A stretch of DNA of 32,535 nt from Octopus bimaculoides (taxonomy: Eukaryota). The stretch's first letter is position 1; each line of letters begins with the position of its first letter. The translations under genes were made by a program, and so were the position numbers. The stretch covers positions 40,796,243 to 40,828,777 of the forward strand of contig NC_068984.1 in assembly GCF_001194135.2 (NCBI RefSeq), read 5' to 3'. The notes below the pieces were generated by a model. It had not been told where the DNA came from, did not search any database, and was given only the letters and a program-made list of their open reading frames with translations. Shown here piece after piece: positions 1 to 11,439 of this stretch.

Positions 1-184
1 TATATACATACACACGCATACATATGTACGTACAAATGTATATGCATACATACGTATATGCATATGCACGTACATAAAACATACACACATATTCCTGTGG
101 TTTTATTTAACACAAAATTGAATTCTATCGATGTAAATTAACCTTACAGAGAAAAGGTTAGCAAGGGACGTAGCTGGAGGGATA

Positions 185-258
185 GGAGGAGGAAGAGGAG
201 GAGGAAGAGGAGGAGGAAGAGGAAGAAGAAGAAGAAGAAGAAGAAGAAGAAGAAGAAG

Positions 259-288
<30 letters not shown>
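185..288. repeat. (GGA)n/(GAA)n trinucleotide microsatellite
   Basis: Direct reading. It explains the poly-Leu/Pro ORF 103..405. Confidence 0.95.
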
Positions 289-291
<3 letters not shown>

Positions 292-446
292 TAGTGGGGG
301 ATTAAGAGTTCCACCAAACATAATTACTGTTGTTACTTGAACAGATTTCTGGAACTGATCTTTCGATTTCATCTTGTATCTGAATATTACCAGGCTCCAT
401 ACCACACAGATTCATAGACGTATATTGGTGGGTGCAAGAGTGGCTA

Positions 447-848
447 AATGTGTGAATGTGAGAGAGGGAGAGAGAGAGAAAGGGGAGAGAGGTAAGAGAG
501 GGAGGTAGAAAGTGTGTTTCTCTATGCATATGTGTGCAACAGAGAGAATGAGTATTTGTATGTGTGTGTCATTGAAACAGAAAAAGCGGGTGTTTGTATT
601 TCAGTACATGTGTACGAAAAGGGCAAATATGTATGAGTTGAAGACGAGTATTTATGCGTGTTCGTGAAAGAGGAAGAGTAGTGTGTGAGGTTGTGTGTGT
701 GTGTGTGTATGTATGAGAGAGAGAGTGTGTGTATGTTGTGTGCATGTGTGGAAAAGTGTATGTGTGCGGGTGCATGTGTGTGAGCTTGTGTGTGTGAGCA
801 TGCGTGTCATATGTGCGTACATGTGTGCGTGTGCGTGTGCGTGTGCGT
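447..848. repeat. Compound (AG)n/(TG)n/(TGCG)n low-complexity tract
   Basis: Direct reading. It explains the HT- and CV-rich ORFs. Confidence 0.85.
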
Positions 849-1640
849 GCTTAATTTCCACACTGATTTTATTTCCAGATTGTGAACAGACAGGATTTGT
901 AGCTCTTAGCGAATGAATTCAAATGTGCGGCACTTTCTATTGTAGTGTGCGAGATATGTCTGCGCTTCCGGCTTCGATTCCTTATGGTAGCTATTTGATA
1001 GAAATATAATTTTTTAAAAAAAGCATTAATTTCACATAGCCTCTGCCTTACCTCTTCATCTCCTATATAGCTATCATTTCTTTTTTTCTCTCTCTTTCTT
1101 TCTATCTTCCGAGATCACTAGAGTCAAAATTATCCATTGACCAAGAGTCTTGTTTATTGATGTATATTCCTAATTCTTCATTTGAAACAAAGAAACGAAT
1201 CGCGATGTCTGAATAGCAGACACTTAGACTGTCAAAATATAGTCACTGAGATATTTAGTTTCATTCTTTTGAAATCAAATCCCGCGGTTTTCGACATTTT
1301 GTTTTATATCCTTTGCCAACCATTGATAACATTATCACTTATCTGTTATATTACTTTTTCCACAATGAAATAAGTACCCGATGTACTCTAATGATAACGT
1401 GGAATCAATTGATGGTGGTGGATTGATAGAAACAGTAGAATGTGGGACTGAGGGACTTTGTGAGATCAAATTAATTCCAACAAGGTTTCAACCTAAATGT
1501 GTAATTATCCATAATATAATGTACATAATGTAAGCTTTACTTCTGTATACATGTGATTGCTAGTGCTGAATAGCGCTAAGTTAGCTCTCATGAAGTAGAT
1601 ATCACGTTACTATTACACACTACTATCTCAATCCTCAGGC

Positions 1641-1843
1641 ATCATAGGGCTGCTTTCCCGGTTTCTATGACGGATAGGTGACCGGGATGCCAGTCCGTCA
1701 CGGGGTTGCTCATTTACAGCTGCATGGACTGGAGCAACGTTAAATGAAGAGTTTTCCTGAAAAACACAACCCACCGTCCGGCCTGGGAATCGATACTGCG
1801 ATCATGCGAGCAACGCTCTAACTACTAGGCCACTCACCCTCAC
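1641..1843 (-). mobile_element. tRNA-derived SINE (family C), decayed
   Basis: Reverse complement reads gtgagggtgagtggcctagtagttagagcgttg (A-box-like)...gtatcgattccc (B-box-like)...cgttgctccagtccatgcagctgtaaatgag. It is homologous to 11153-11439. Confidence 0.75.
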
Positions 1844-1854
1844 ATAGATATATG

Positions 1855-1990
1855 ATCGAGTAGACATATGATGGAAAGTCATTCCAACCGTAGCTATCTC
1901 ACTATCGCATTATCCAACGTCCTAATTTAAGACGGTGAGTGTGATTCGAGGCAGATTTGGCTACTCTTTCTTGCAGGTGGAGTAACCATC
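1855..1990 (+). repeat. Unclassified interspersed repeat (family X)
   Basis: Motifs atatgatggaaagtcattccaaccg and gattcgaggcagatttggctactc recur in diverged form at 11770-11900 (-), 15265-15330 and 17041-17095. Confidence 0.5.
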
Positions 1991-2788
1991 TAAAACAATG
2001 ATCTTGTTACTCATATCTTTCTATGCGTAAGGCGGCTTAACTCTAACAGAGATGTATGTTTCAGACGAAAATCTGCTATATCCTAAGTTATTCTGACGTC
2101 ATTCTTCCGTTTTGGGCGTATGGACTAACATCTTATTTTAGTCAAAAACTTGCGACATTCCTACCCAATGCATTAGAACCCTAACTGGAAACAATTGACG
2201 TAAATACTTTTCTGTCGACTTGTATAACGTACCCTGGCGTTTGGAGTACGTTGCAAAACTACTAATAGCAATCTGTCGAACAAAATTATTTCGTAACCTT
2301 ATAATTCAAAAGTCTATTCAGCAAAAACATGTGAATATCATTCTTTGACTTAATGGTGTGTTTGCTCAAATCGGAGCATTGTAGACAATAAAAGCAGTAG
2401 AGCACTGAGCTTAACGCCTAAAATGATTCAATTTCGTGGAGGTGTTGTTAATAGCAGAATAGCAGATTCAATTTTGCGCCTGACTACATGCCTTTTGGTA
2501 TTTAGTTACATCCCTGTATTTCAGGTTTGTGCAATCTGCGGTACTCGGACCGCATTCAACACTTTATGCCTCTTGTACACCATATGCAGTGTTATGATTA
2601 AATAAAAAAAAAAAAAACTAATGTGTTCCCTTGAAAAATCAAAGACTGATAAATTTTCAGGTTTGCAATGAATTACTTGCAGCAAAATGTATTTAAAGAC
2701 AGAGTAATTAAGTAACATATATGAGCCTCTTTATATCGTGATATCGAGTAATAAATACAATTATATATATATATATATATATATATAT

Positions 2789-3115
2789 NNNNNNNNNNNN
2801 NNNNNNNNNNNNNNNNNNNNNNNNNNNNNNNNNNNNNNNNNNNNNNNNNNNNNNNNNNNNNNNNNNNNNNNNNNNNNNNNNNNNNNNNNNNNNNNNNNNN
2901 NNNNNNNNNNNNNNNNNNNNNNNNNNNNNNNNNNNNNNNNNNNNNNNNNNNNNNNNNNNNNNNNNNNNNNNNNNNNNNNNNNNNNNNNNNNNNNNNNNNN
3001 NNNNNNNNNNNNNNNNNNNNNNNNNNNNNNNNNNNNNNNNNNNNNNNNNNNNNNNNNNNNNNNNNNNNNNNNNNNNNNNNNNNNNNNNNNNNNNNNNNNN
3101 NNNNNNNNNNNNNNN
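2789..3115. other. Assembly gap flanked by (TA)n and (TG)n
   Basis: Run of N. Confidence 1.
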
Positions 3116-3139
3116 TGTGTGTGTGTGTGTGTGTGTGTA

Positions 3140-4040
3140 CAGGGTGCGAGGGGTAAATTGTCACCATTTTATATTTTTAATTTCGCACGTGCACATTGTT
3201 TTTGATTTTGTCGACTACACAGTATAGTAGGGTCAGTTGGGCACCGTCTGTAAGAAAATCAGCGACATGACGCAATTCATTCTGCTGTAAATTTGGAAAT
3301 GACATGCTATACTGCTTGGCATTCGCGTCGGAAGCTCCAATACGAACATTTAGGAGTGTTTGGATGTCTATCTGAGGACAGTGCAATCTGAGGACAGTGC
3401 AATCTGAGGACAAGTGCCGAGAGTGATAGAATTCAAACATCCAGTCAACATCATAGCGTTTGGAGTGATCACTAGTGATAGCGACGTTATGTCTCCATTC
3501 ATCTTCCCAAACGGCCTCAAACTCAATACGGAGGCCTACATCAAGTGCCTCGAGGAGGTAGTGCTGCCCTGGGTCAAGAGGGTGGCTGCTAGAAGACCCT
3601 GTATCTGGCAACAGGATACTGCACCATGCCACACCAGCAGGAGAACACAGTCATGACTGTGAGACAATTGTTGCGACTACATGGCCCCTAACAACTGGCC
3701 ATCTAACTTCCCAGACTGCAACCCCCTTGATTATTATGTATGAGGCGCAGTTGAGCGATAGACCAACAAAACTCCTTGTAACACCAAAGACGAACTGAAG
3801 GCAAGGATTATGGCAGCATTCACCAACTTAAACAAGGAGATCGTCCAGAAGATTTGCAGTAGATTCCGAAGTCGTCTGGAGGCTGTGGTTGAAGCCAATG
3901 GCGATTTTATTGAATAAGTACACTCTTTAGTATTTCAAGATATTTTTGTGTAATTTTGGTAAATATATCTGTTAAAATGAGATGTCAGTGTTGTTTTCAT
4001 TTTTGTGTAATTTAGACGACAGATTATTCACCGCACCCTG
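3140..4040 (+). mobile_element. Internally deleted maT (DD37D) Tc1/mariner DNA transposon
   Basis: TA at 3138-39 and 4041-42. Terminal inverted repeats CAGGGTGCG...CGCACCCTG are perfect for 9 bp and imperfect further in. A transposase relic lies inside. Confidence 0.9.
3267..3917 (+). pseudogene. maT/DD37D transposase relic
   Basis: N-terminal HTH-like MTQFILL*IWK*HAILLGIRVGSSNTNI*ECLDVYLRTVQ is joined to the catalytic C-terminus ...CIWQQDTAPCHTSRRTQS*L*DNCCDYMAPNNWPSNFPDCNPLDYYV*GAVE...EAVVEANGDFIE*. I count 37 residues between the QQD and NPLD aspartates. Several in-frame stops. Confidence 0.88.
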
Positions 4041-4104
4041 TATGTATGTATGTATTTGTGTATGTATGTATGTATGTATGTATGTATGAATATATGTATA
4101 TATA

Positions 4105-4794
4105 NNNNNNNNNNNNNNNNNNNNNNNNNNNNNNNNNNNNNNNNNNNNNNNNNNNNNNNNNNNNNNNNNNNNNNNNNNNNNNNNNNNNNNNNNNNNNNNN
4201 NNNNNNNNNNNNNNNNNNNNNNNNNNNNNNNNNNNNNNNNNNNNNNNNNNNNNNNNNNNNNNNNNNNNNNNNNNNNNNNNNNNNNNNNNNNNNNNNNNNN
4301 NNNNNNNNNNNNNNNNNNNNNNNNNNNNNNNNNNNNNNNNNNNNNNNNNNNNNNNNNNNNNNNNNNNNNNNNNNNNNNNNNNNNNNNNNNNNNNNNNNNN
4401 NNNNNNNNNNNNNNNNNNNNNNNNNNNNNNNNNNNNNNNNNNNNNNNNNNNNNNNNNNNNNNNNNNNNNNNNNNNNNNNNNNNNNNNNNNNNNNNNNNNN
4501 NNNNNNNNNNNNNNNNNNNNNNNNNNNNNNNNNNNNNNNNNNNNNNNNNNNNNNNNNNNNNNNNNNNNNNNNNNNNNNNNNNNNNNNNNNNNNNNNNNNN
4601 NNNNNNNNNNNNNNNNNNNNNNNNNNNNNNNNNNNNNNNNNNNNNNNNNNNNNNNNNNNNNNNNNNNNNNNNNNNNNNNNNNNNNNNNNNNNNNNNNNNN
4701 NNNNNNNNNNNNNNNNNNNNNNNNNNNNNNNNNNNNNNNNNNNNNNNNNNNNNNNNNNNNNNNNNNNNNNNNNNNNNNNNNNNNNNNNNNNNNN
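4105..4794. other. Assembly gap between (TATG)n and (CA)n
   Basis: Run of N. Confidence 1.
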
Positions 4795-4847
<53 letters not shown>

Positions 4848-4849
<2 letters not shown>

Positions 4850-4971
4850 TGGGCTTCTTTCACCAGACTTTGGTCGGCCCGAAGTTATAATAGAAGACAC
4901 TTACCCAAGGTGCCGTGTCACGCAATGGGATCTAATCCAGAACCATGTGGTTGGAAAGCAAACTTCTTACC
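4848..4971 (-). mobile_element. SINE family B, 5' half, running into its internal (TG)n
   Basis: Reverse complement ggtaagaagtttgctttccaaccacatggttc...cttgggtaagtgtcttctattata...aagaagcccatcgtgtgtg matches 26530-26680 and 32220-32310. Confidence 0.8.
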
Positions 4972-5987
4972 TTTCCAGCGTCGTAAATCACTGCAAAGTC
5001 AAAATATTTGCTGATGACACTAAGCTCCAGCAAATCATCAATGAAGAAGAAGGCCGAACTCAACTCCAGTCTGATCTATATGCTGTGAGTCAATGGGCAG
5101 ACAAAAACAAAATGCAACTGAACAAGAGAAAATTTGAGCTGATGCATTTTGGAAGAAAGTCTATACTAAAACAGCCATACTCTCTTCCTTCAGGGGAACC
5201 GTTCACGGCATCCAATAATATCAGAGATCTGGGTGTAATTGTTAATAACAATTTCAATTGGAGTACCCACATCAACAATAAGGTCAATATAGCTCGTAGG
5301 ATGAGCTCCTGGATCTTAAGAACCTTCCGGTCCAGAGAACAAGGTGTCATCATTCCACTTTTCTCCTCCTTTGTACGGCCACACCTCGAATACTGCTGCC
5401 CCTTGTGGTCTCTCCATACAAAACAAGCATCTCTAGGATTGAATCACCCAGAGGGCACTCACTAAACAAATTGAAGGCATGACTGATCTCGATTACTGGG
5501 ACCGCTTTAAAACCTTGAAGCTCTACTCTTTCCAGCGCCGCCGCGAGCGGTACATCATCTGTACGATGTGGAGAATATACCGCTAGCTATGCCCAAACGA
5601 CCTGAACATTAGTTCCAAGGTTCATCCACGGCTGGGACCACGGGCCATACGTCCCCTGCCCAATTCAGGATCACAACATATAGGTACACTGCGGCATAAT
5701 TTATTTTCCTCAACAAGCCCTGCCCTATTTAACATTGTCCCAAAACAGATAAAAGAGGAAAAGGATCCTATCAGCTCTAAACGGAGTCTGGGCAGATTTC
5801 TTCAAGGAATACCAGATAAGCCACCCATACCTGGATACAACTCACTCAACAAGAACTCACTACTTGAATGGACCATAAACAAAACTTGACTTAAAAAGGA
5901 TTTAAATAATCCTATCATGTGGTGCCCTTAAGTTAGACATGGCCTGGACCAATCTTTGGTCGAAACATATCTAAATGTATCTAAGTT
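4972..5987 (+). mobile_element. 5'-truncated CR1/L2-group LINE: RT C-terminus, 3' UTR and tail
   Basis: KIFADDTKL, IRDLGVIVNNNFNWSTHIN and FVRPHLEYCCPLWS, then after a frameshift LTKQIEGMTDLDYWDRFKTLKLYSFQRRRERY...PDKPPIPGYNSLNKNSLLEWTINKT* (stop about 5887-89). Terminal stem-loop gacca-atctt-tggtc (5947-61), then a short atctaa tandem tail. Confidence 0.88.
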
Positions 5988-6142
5988 TATATATATATAT
6001 CATTTGGGCATGAACAGCTAAAATTCTGCATATTTCTTCTCACTATTCAGCTAACTAAACGAACTGTCATGTTTCAATGAAATACAGACACGTAATGAAT
6101 TTATAACAGTCAATCGTTTTTAATGCGCATGCCAGGAAGACA

Positions 6143-6320
6143 AATAAACAGAGGGAGAGAGTGAGAGAAAGACAGACAGAGAGACAGAGACAGAGAGAGG
6201 GAGGAGAATGAGAGAGAAACAGAGAGAAGGAAGAAGTGGTGAGGGACAGAAAGAGGAGGCGGAAACAAAGAGAGAGAAATTAGGGGTGAGCCAGATAGAA
6301 AAAGAAAGATAGAAAGTAAG
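6143..6320. repeat. (AG)/(AGAC)-rich purine tract
   Basis: Direct reading. Confidence 0.8.
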
Positions 6321-6577
6321 ATATAGGAAATCAGTTTTATAAATTTAGGTGCTACTCAGTTCACTTAAACAAATTTGCTTCTTTCTTCTCATTCAATCAC
6401 ATTTTCTCTCCATCAAATGATTATGTTTTGCTTCGTAAATAGTGTTTTCTGTACTTAATATGAGATTTGTTAAATCATTCATCAGTGGCGTAACCAAGAT
6501 TTATGTTGAGCAATATCTCATAAGATCCACTGCAAGGAATGATAGCCCATGTTTGCTGTGCAAGTCATGTGAGTGTT

Positions 6578-6665
6578 AACTTTATCTTTCATTCTTCCAG
6601 GATCGATAAAATAAATGCCAGTCAAGTTCTGGGATCAATTTCATCGACTATGCCATCTCTAAAAT
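6578..6665 (+). mobile_element. Degenerate SINE family A core fragment
   Basis: ctttatctttcattcttccaggatcgataaaataaatgccagtcaagttctgggatcaatttcatcgact matches the family A core. Confidence 0.6.
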
Positions 6666-7250
6666 ATTTGTGTTATAGTTAGCAATGATTAGCGAACATA
6701 TGACTTTATTATGCGTTCAGAGTTTAAATTCCTACTGGGACCGATAGATTATAAGCCAGTAATATTATGAACTAGATTTAATCGATTTAATCTTCTAGAA
6801 ATATCGATTTGATACTTAGTCGTCAATAATTTGTATTTAGTGATAAGCAATGCGTATTTATTCAAATTAGGTATCGAGTAGCGTGAAATAAGAGTTAAAA
6901 GCTTTGGTGAGTGGAGTCTGAGCACCGTTTTGATTCCTGCTTGAAAGTCGGTTGATTTCACTTATGCGATAATATTTTGAGAAAAGGCATAAACATCACA
7001 ACATCCCATTTCTCCTCTCTTAAATATGAAGTATTGAAATCAACGTGATATAAACTTAGTCAACGGAATACTCATGTCCGGAACACCTATGATCATTGGT
7101 CTGCTCGTTCAAAGCTAACCTGGAACTAAATAGCAACAGAAGCAGTAAGAACAACAACAATAACCCGCTGATTGTGCAGAGTGAAACAAGAGCGTCAGAC
7201 TAACTCATTTAGAGCGCATACTTTCCTCCTTCAATATATTAAGCTCAAAA

Positions 7251-7531
7251 GGCGGCGAGCTAGCAGGAACGTTAGCACGCCGGGCGAAATGCTTAGCGGT
7301 ATTTCGTCTGCCGCAACGTTCTGAGTTCAAATTCCGCCGAGGTCGACTTTGCCTTTCATCCTTTCGGGGTCGATTAAATAAGTACCAGTTACGCACTGGG
7401 GTCGATATAATCGACTTAATCCGTGTGTCCCCTCTGTGTGTAGCTCCTTGTAGCAGTAAAGAAATAAGAAACGTTAATCGACTGGCCCCCTCCCCCAAAA
7501 TTTCGGGCCTTGTGTTTAGAGTAGAGAAGAA
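7251..7531 (+). mobile_element. SINE family A, full length, carrying two consecutive 3' tails
   Basis: ggcggcgagctagcagg head, gagttcaaattcc B-box and core ggggtcgat...aagtaccag...ggggtcgat..atcgact. Tail 1 ends about 7470; tail 2 spans 7472-7531. Confidence 0.9.
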
Positions 7532-7547
7532 TATATCGAGTTCAAAA

Positions 7548-7726
7548 GGCGGAGAGCTGGCAGAAACGTTAGTACGCCGGGCGAAATACTTAGCGGTATT
7601 TCGCCTGTCTTTGTGTTCTGAGTTCAAATTCCGCCGAGATCGACTTTGCCTTTCATCCCTTTCGGAAGTCGATAAATTAAGTACCATTTGCATACTGGGT
7701 CGATCTAATCGATTGGCCCCCTCCTC
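7548..7726 (+). mobile_element. SINE family A, tandem second copy
   Basis: Collinear with 7251-7415. Confidence 0.9.
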
Positions 7727-8362
7727 GATTTTATCTCTATGTCAGTGGTGCTCAAGCGTTGCAATGTTGAGAGGATCTAAGTAAGCCGCAAATTTTGAAA
7801 GATATAATTTAAACGTTTAGAAAATTTATATAAATGCTTGAGTATCGCGAAAAATAGTTTATTCATAATTTTATTATACATAAGTGTGATTAAAAAAACT
7901 ACTTTCTACAGGATTTAGTCGGAAAATACACCAGTGCTAGAAACCTGTAGCGTTTCTTTTCTTTTTTCTTTTCATGCTTCTTTCTTTTTTTCTTTATTTT
8001 GATAAATGGCTCGCCCGAAACGTCAGTTTACTTCGCTTTTTTTTACCCCGTTTTCCGTCGTACTATTCTCAATGCGCAACATTTTATGTTAACTTTTTGT
8101 GTTTACATCTGATCTATCTTTTGAATTTTTATCTACCTGTTGTAACTTCTTAAGGTGTCCAACTGTCCCGTCTCTTTCCCCCTCATTCCGTTTATGCTGC
8201 TTTACCTATCAGCATTTTGTTGTATAAGATTAAAAAAGATAAGGCAAGCAATAGTTTTCGTTATAATTTTTCTAAATTTTTAAACTTTTAAAACAATCGT
8301 TTTTTAAAAATTTTATTTTCACATTCCATATGAAAGGAATCAGTAATATTTTGTTGTATCTA

Positions 8363-8578
8363 AGGGAGCGAGATGGCAGAATCGTTACCGTGCCGGACAA
8401 AAGGCTTAGAGGCATTTCGTCCGTCTTCAAGTTCTGAGTTCAAATACCGCCGAGGTTGACTTTGCTTTTCTTCCTTTCCAGGTTGATAAAATAAGTACCA
8501 GTTGAGTATTGCGATCGATGTAATCGACTTACCTCCTCTTCTGAAAATGCTGGCCTTGTGCCAAAATTTGAAGCCAAT
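8363..8578 (+). mobile_element. SINE family A
   Basis: Same head and core; tail ...gctggccttgtgccaaaatttgaagccaat. Confidence 0.85.
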
Positions 8579-8606
8579 CTTTTGTTGGGTCTTTAATACA
8601 CCGTGG

Positions 8607-8994
8607 GTGGAGGCACAATGGCCCAGTGGTTAGGGCAGCAGACTCGCGGTCATAGGATCGCGGTTTCGATCCCCAGACACGGCGTTGTGAGTGTTTATTG
8701 AGCGAAAACACCTAAAGCTCCACGAGGCTCCGACAGGGGATGGTGGCGAACCCTGCTGTACTCTTCCACCACAACTTTCTCTCACTCTTACTTCCTGTTT
8801 CTATTGTGCCTGTAATTCAAAGGATCAGCCTTGTCACACTGTGTCACGCTGAATATCCTCGAGAACTACGTTAAGGGTACACGTGTCTGTGGAGTGCTCA
8901 GCCACTTGCACGTTAATTTCACGAGCAGGCTGTTCCGTTGATCGGATCAACTGGAACCCTCGACGTCGTAAGCGACGGAGTGCCAACACAACAA
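8607..8994 (+). mobile_element. Full-length tRNA(Arg)-like SINE (family D) with CAA tail
   Basis: A box tggcccagtgg (8619-29), B box gtttcgatccc (8663-73), caacacaacaa tail and probable TSD aatacaccg (8595-8603 and 8993-9001). Second copy at 30398-30783. Confidence 0.92.
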
Positions 8995-9436
8995 TACACC
9001 GCAAAGTAAAAGGTGGATTGAAGCCAACACCGTCTTATAAAACAAATGGACAGTGTGGATAGTGTTACCCTGGAAACAGAAGACAAAACGGGGTGAGGAG
9101 ATAGAAAAAGCTGGACAAAAATGTCTTTGGTGTTGGATCTACAACAACAAAACACCTGCAGCCTAATTGAACTCAGGTTCTGAGAGTAACTAGCCAAGTG
9201 CTGTTCTGTTTCTACATTGTGATAAGAAATGAATATGTCATGAACTGAGAGTAGTGAAAAATCAACAGCAACGCTACATCGCCGAACTAAATGCTTGACA
9301 TTATTTATATAGTGCTCTTCATGCTAAGTTGCATGTTTAATAGAATCATGAAAAGACCAAAAGTTTCCAGTGTGATCAAAAAACTCATTAAAGGTTACAG
9401 GATGTTTTTATTCATGTCACACTCGGCCAAACACAC

Positions 9437-9528
9437 CACACACGCACACGCACACACACTCACACACACTCACGCTCACCCGCACTTATACACACTCACA
9501 GATGTACGCACACATATACTCTTTTTTT

Positions 9529-9566
<38 letters not shown>

Positions 9567-10006
9567 GTGTGTGTGTGTTTGTTTAGTATAGGTGTCATTC
9601 GTCAAACAGTTAAGGTGTCTGGAAATTGAAAAAATACTCAGCACTTTTGCAGACACAATGTTTTGTGTATGTGTGTGTGTGTGTGTTGTGTGCATGTGTG
9701 TGTATGTGTGTGTGCATAAATTCATGTATCTATACAAATATATATACATGCATACGCACTCACATATTTGTGAATATATTGCAAGTATGCGTGAGTACTT
9801 ACACACACTGACACACACACACACACATATTGTATATATATAAACTATATACATAAATGCATACGTACATACATACATACATACATACATGCACACATAC
9901 ATATAAATATATTTGTAGACAAGCATAGATTTAAATGCGTAAATGCACTCACATTTAAATATATTTTCATGTATACGCATCGCTTTCTCTCTCCCTTTCT
10001 CTCCCC

Positions 10007-10042
<36 letters not shown>

Positions 10043-10065
10043 CTCTCTCCCTCTCTTCTTTTACT
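9437..10065. repeat. Compound CA/TG/TACA/CT/CTTT microsatellite block
   Basis: Direct reading. It explains the ORFs at 9291-10079. Confidence 0.85.
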
Positions 10066-10999
10066 CCTTTCATTTTCATCCCTTTGATAGTGGTGACTGC
10101 AAACTGAGGGGAAGTAAATCACCACCTTCCCTCCTGTAATACTTCTCCCTTCTCTCCTAACCTAAGGCTAGTAATAGCAAAAATAATAATAATAAAATAA
10201 AATAAAGAAAAACAGCAGGCTCCCTAAATCTACTGCAGTTCGTTGCATCCCTGCTTTAACTACATACATGCATCATATATATACGCCAGTCACGTGGCGT
10301 AATTCGTACCAGCACAGACTGTATTTGTTGGAGGAAGAGAAGGTAGACTGTCCTGTCACGTGACATAATTTGCGCAGTGTATCTTGGAGAATATGGTAGG
10401 CTACGTTCTTTACAAGCCGAATTCACTGTACATAATCACAATCTGCTGGTTCTTGCGTAAAGAAAATTTGACACACTCCTTCACCTCCACCCAGTTTCGA
10501 CACAGTAACACCCTTAGACCTTAGGGCTCTAAAAAAAAAAAAAAATTACGACGTAGCCCGGTTGAAGTTGATACTGTTGATACTGTTTAATTTAAGAATT
10601 CTACAAATTCTGAGGCCCAAAAGTAGCGTTCGGAGAATATGGTTATGAACATAGTGCTATTCTCGCAGTGCTATTCTTTTCTGAAGACCAGGAAAGAAAC
10701 TGCGGGCTGCTTTTATTAATCGGTTATTTAGCGTGGAGGGGAGTGCCTACGATCCCTTTTATGGCCTTCAAAAGGGGTGGGAAGATTTCCTCAATCTCAG
10801 GGGTTTTTCCTAAGTAATTGCATCATATTGGGCACCACTAAAATCATCCAAGGTGCTAGACATTGGTGTTAAATCGGGTGACGGATAAGTTTGACATCCA
10901 AGAAGGCCATGAACCAACTCAGAACATAAAGAGCAGGAACAAATACCGCGTGGCATCTTGCCTGACATTAACAATTCGTTCAGTCCATAGTCGTATAAA

Positions 11000-11070
11000 A
11001 GTACATTATTTTATCGACCTCTGACATGAAAAGGAAATTCGTTCCCGGCGTAATTTGAATAAGAATACAC
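11000..11070 (-). mobile_element. Degenerate SINE family A fragment
   Basis: gtacattattttatcgacctctgacatgaaaagg...gtaatttgaat resembles the reverse complement of the core. Confidence 0.45.
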
Positions 11071-11152
11071 TAAATCTTGTGTGGAAGATATTAAATGTGG
11101 TCGGCTTTGACAACACCGATGTAAGAAATTAAATCAAAATCAAGTTATTGCT

Positions 11153-11439
11153 GGTGAAGGCGTGTTATCTGGTCTAGTGGCTAGGATGTTGCATGCACGA
11201 TTGTAAGATCGTAGTTTCGATTCTCTGAGAGGGTGATGCGTTGTGTTCTTGAGCAAAACATTTCGTTTCACGTTGTTCCAGTCTGCTCAGCTATAAACGA
11301 GTAACTCTGTGATGGGTAATGCTGTTATCTCGGACGCTTATATTCACTGTTAAAATCGAGTAACTGGGCCTATGAGTCCTAGGACTCGACACAGAAACAT
11401 CCAAGGGTTGATGATGATAATAATGATTATGATGATGAC
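11153..11439 (+). mobile_element. tRNA-derived SINE family C with (GAT)n-like tail
   Basis: tggtctagtggctagg A-box-like, gtttcgattc B-box-like, cgttgttccagtctgctcagctataaacgag body and gatgatgataataatgattatgatgatga tail. Confidence 0.75.

Noticed and set aside
103-405. Poly-Leu/Pro ORF, plus the many HT-, CV-, YI- and LS-repeat ORFs elsewhere
   Set aside because: These are translations of microsatellites or N-gaps.
4050-5465. 471-aa ORF ending in RT-like sequence
   Set aside because: It is an accidental read-through of microsatellite, 690 N, an antisense SINE half and a LINE fragment. Only 4972 onward is a coding relic.
5941-5975. ctggacca...tggtcgaaacatat, superficially hammerhead-like
   Set aside because: It lacks the CUGANGA box and a UH site, and is better explained as the LINE 3' stem-loop.
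7205-7784. ORFs of 162 aa and 119 aa
   Set aside because: They are chance frames across tandem SINE copies.
8607-8680. tRNA-like sequence (also 30710-30783)
   Set aside because: It is a SINE head. The acceptor stem is not reconstituted and it continues into the SINE body.
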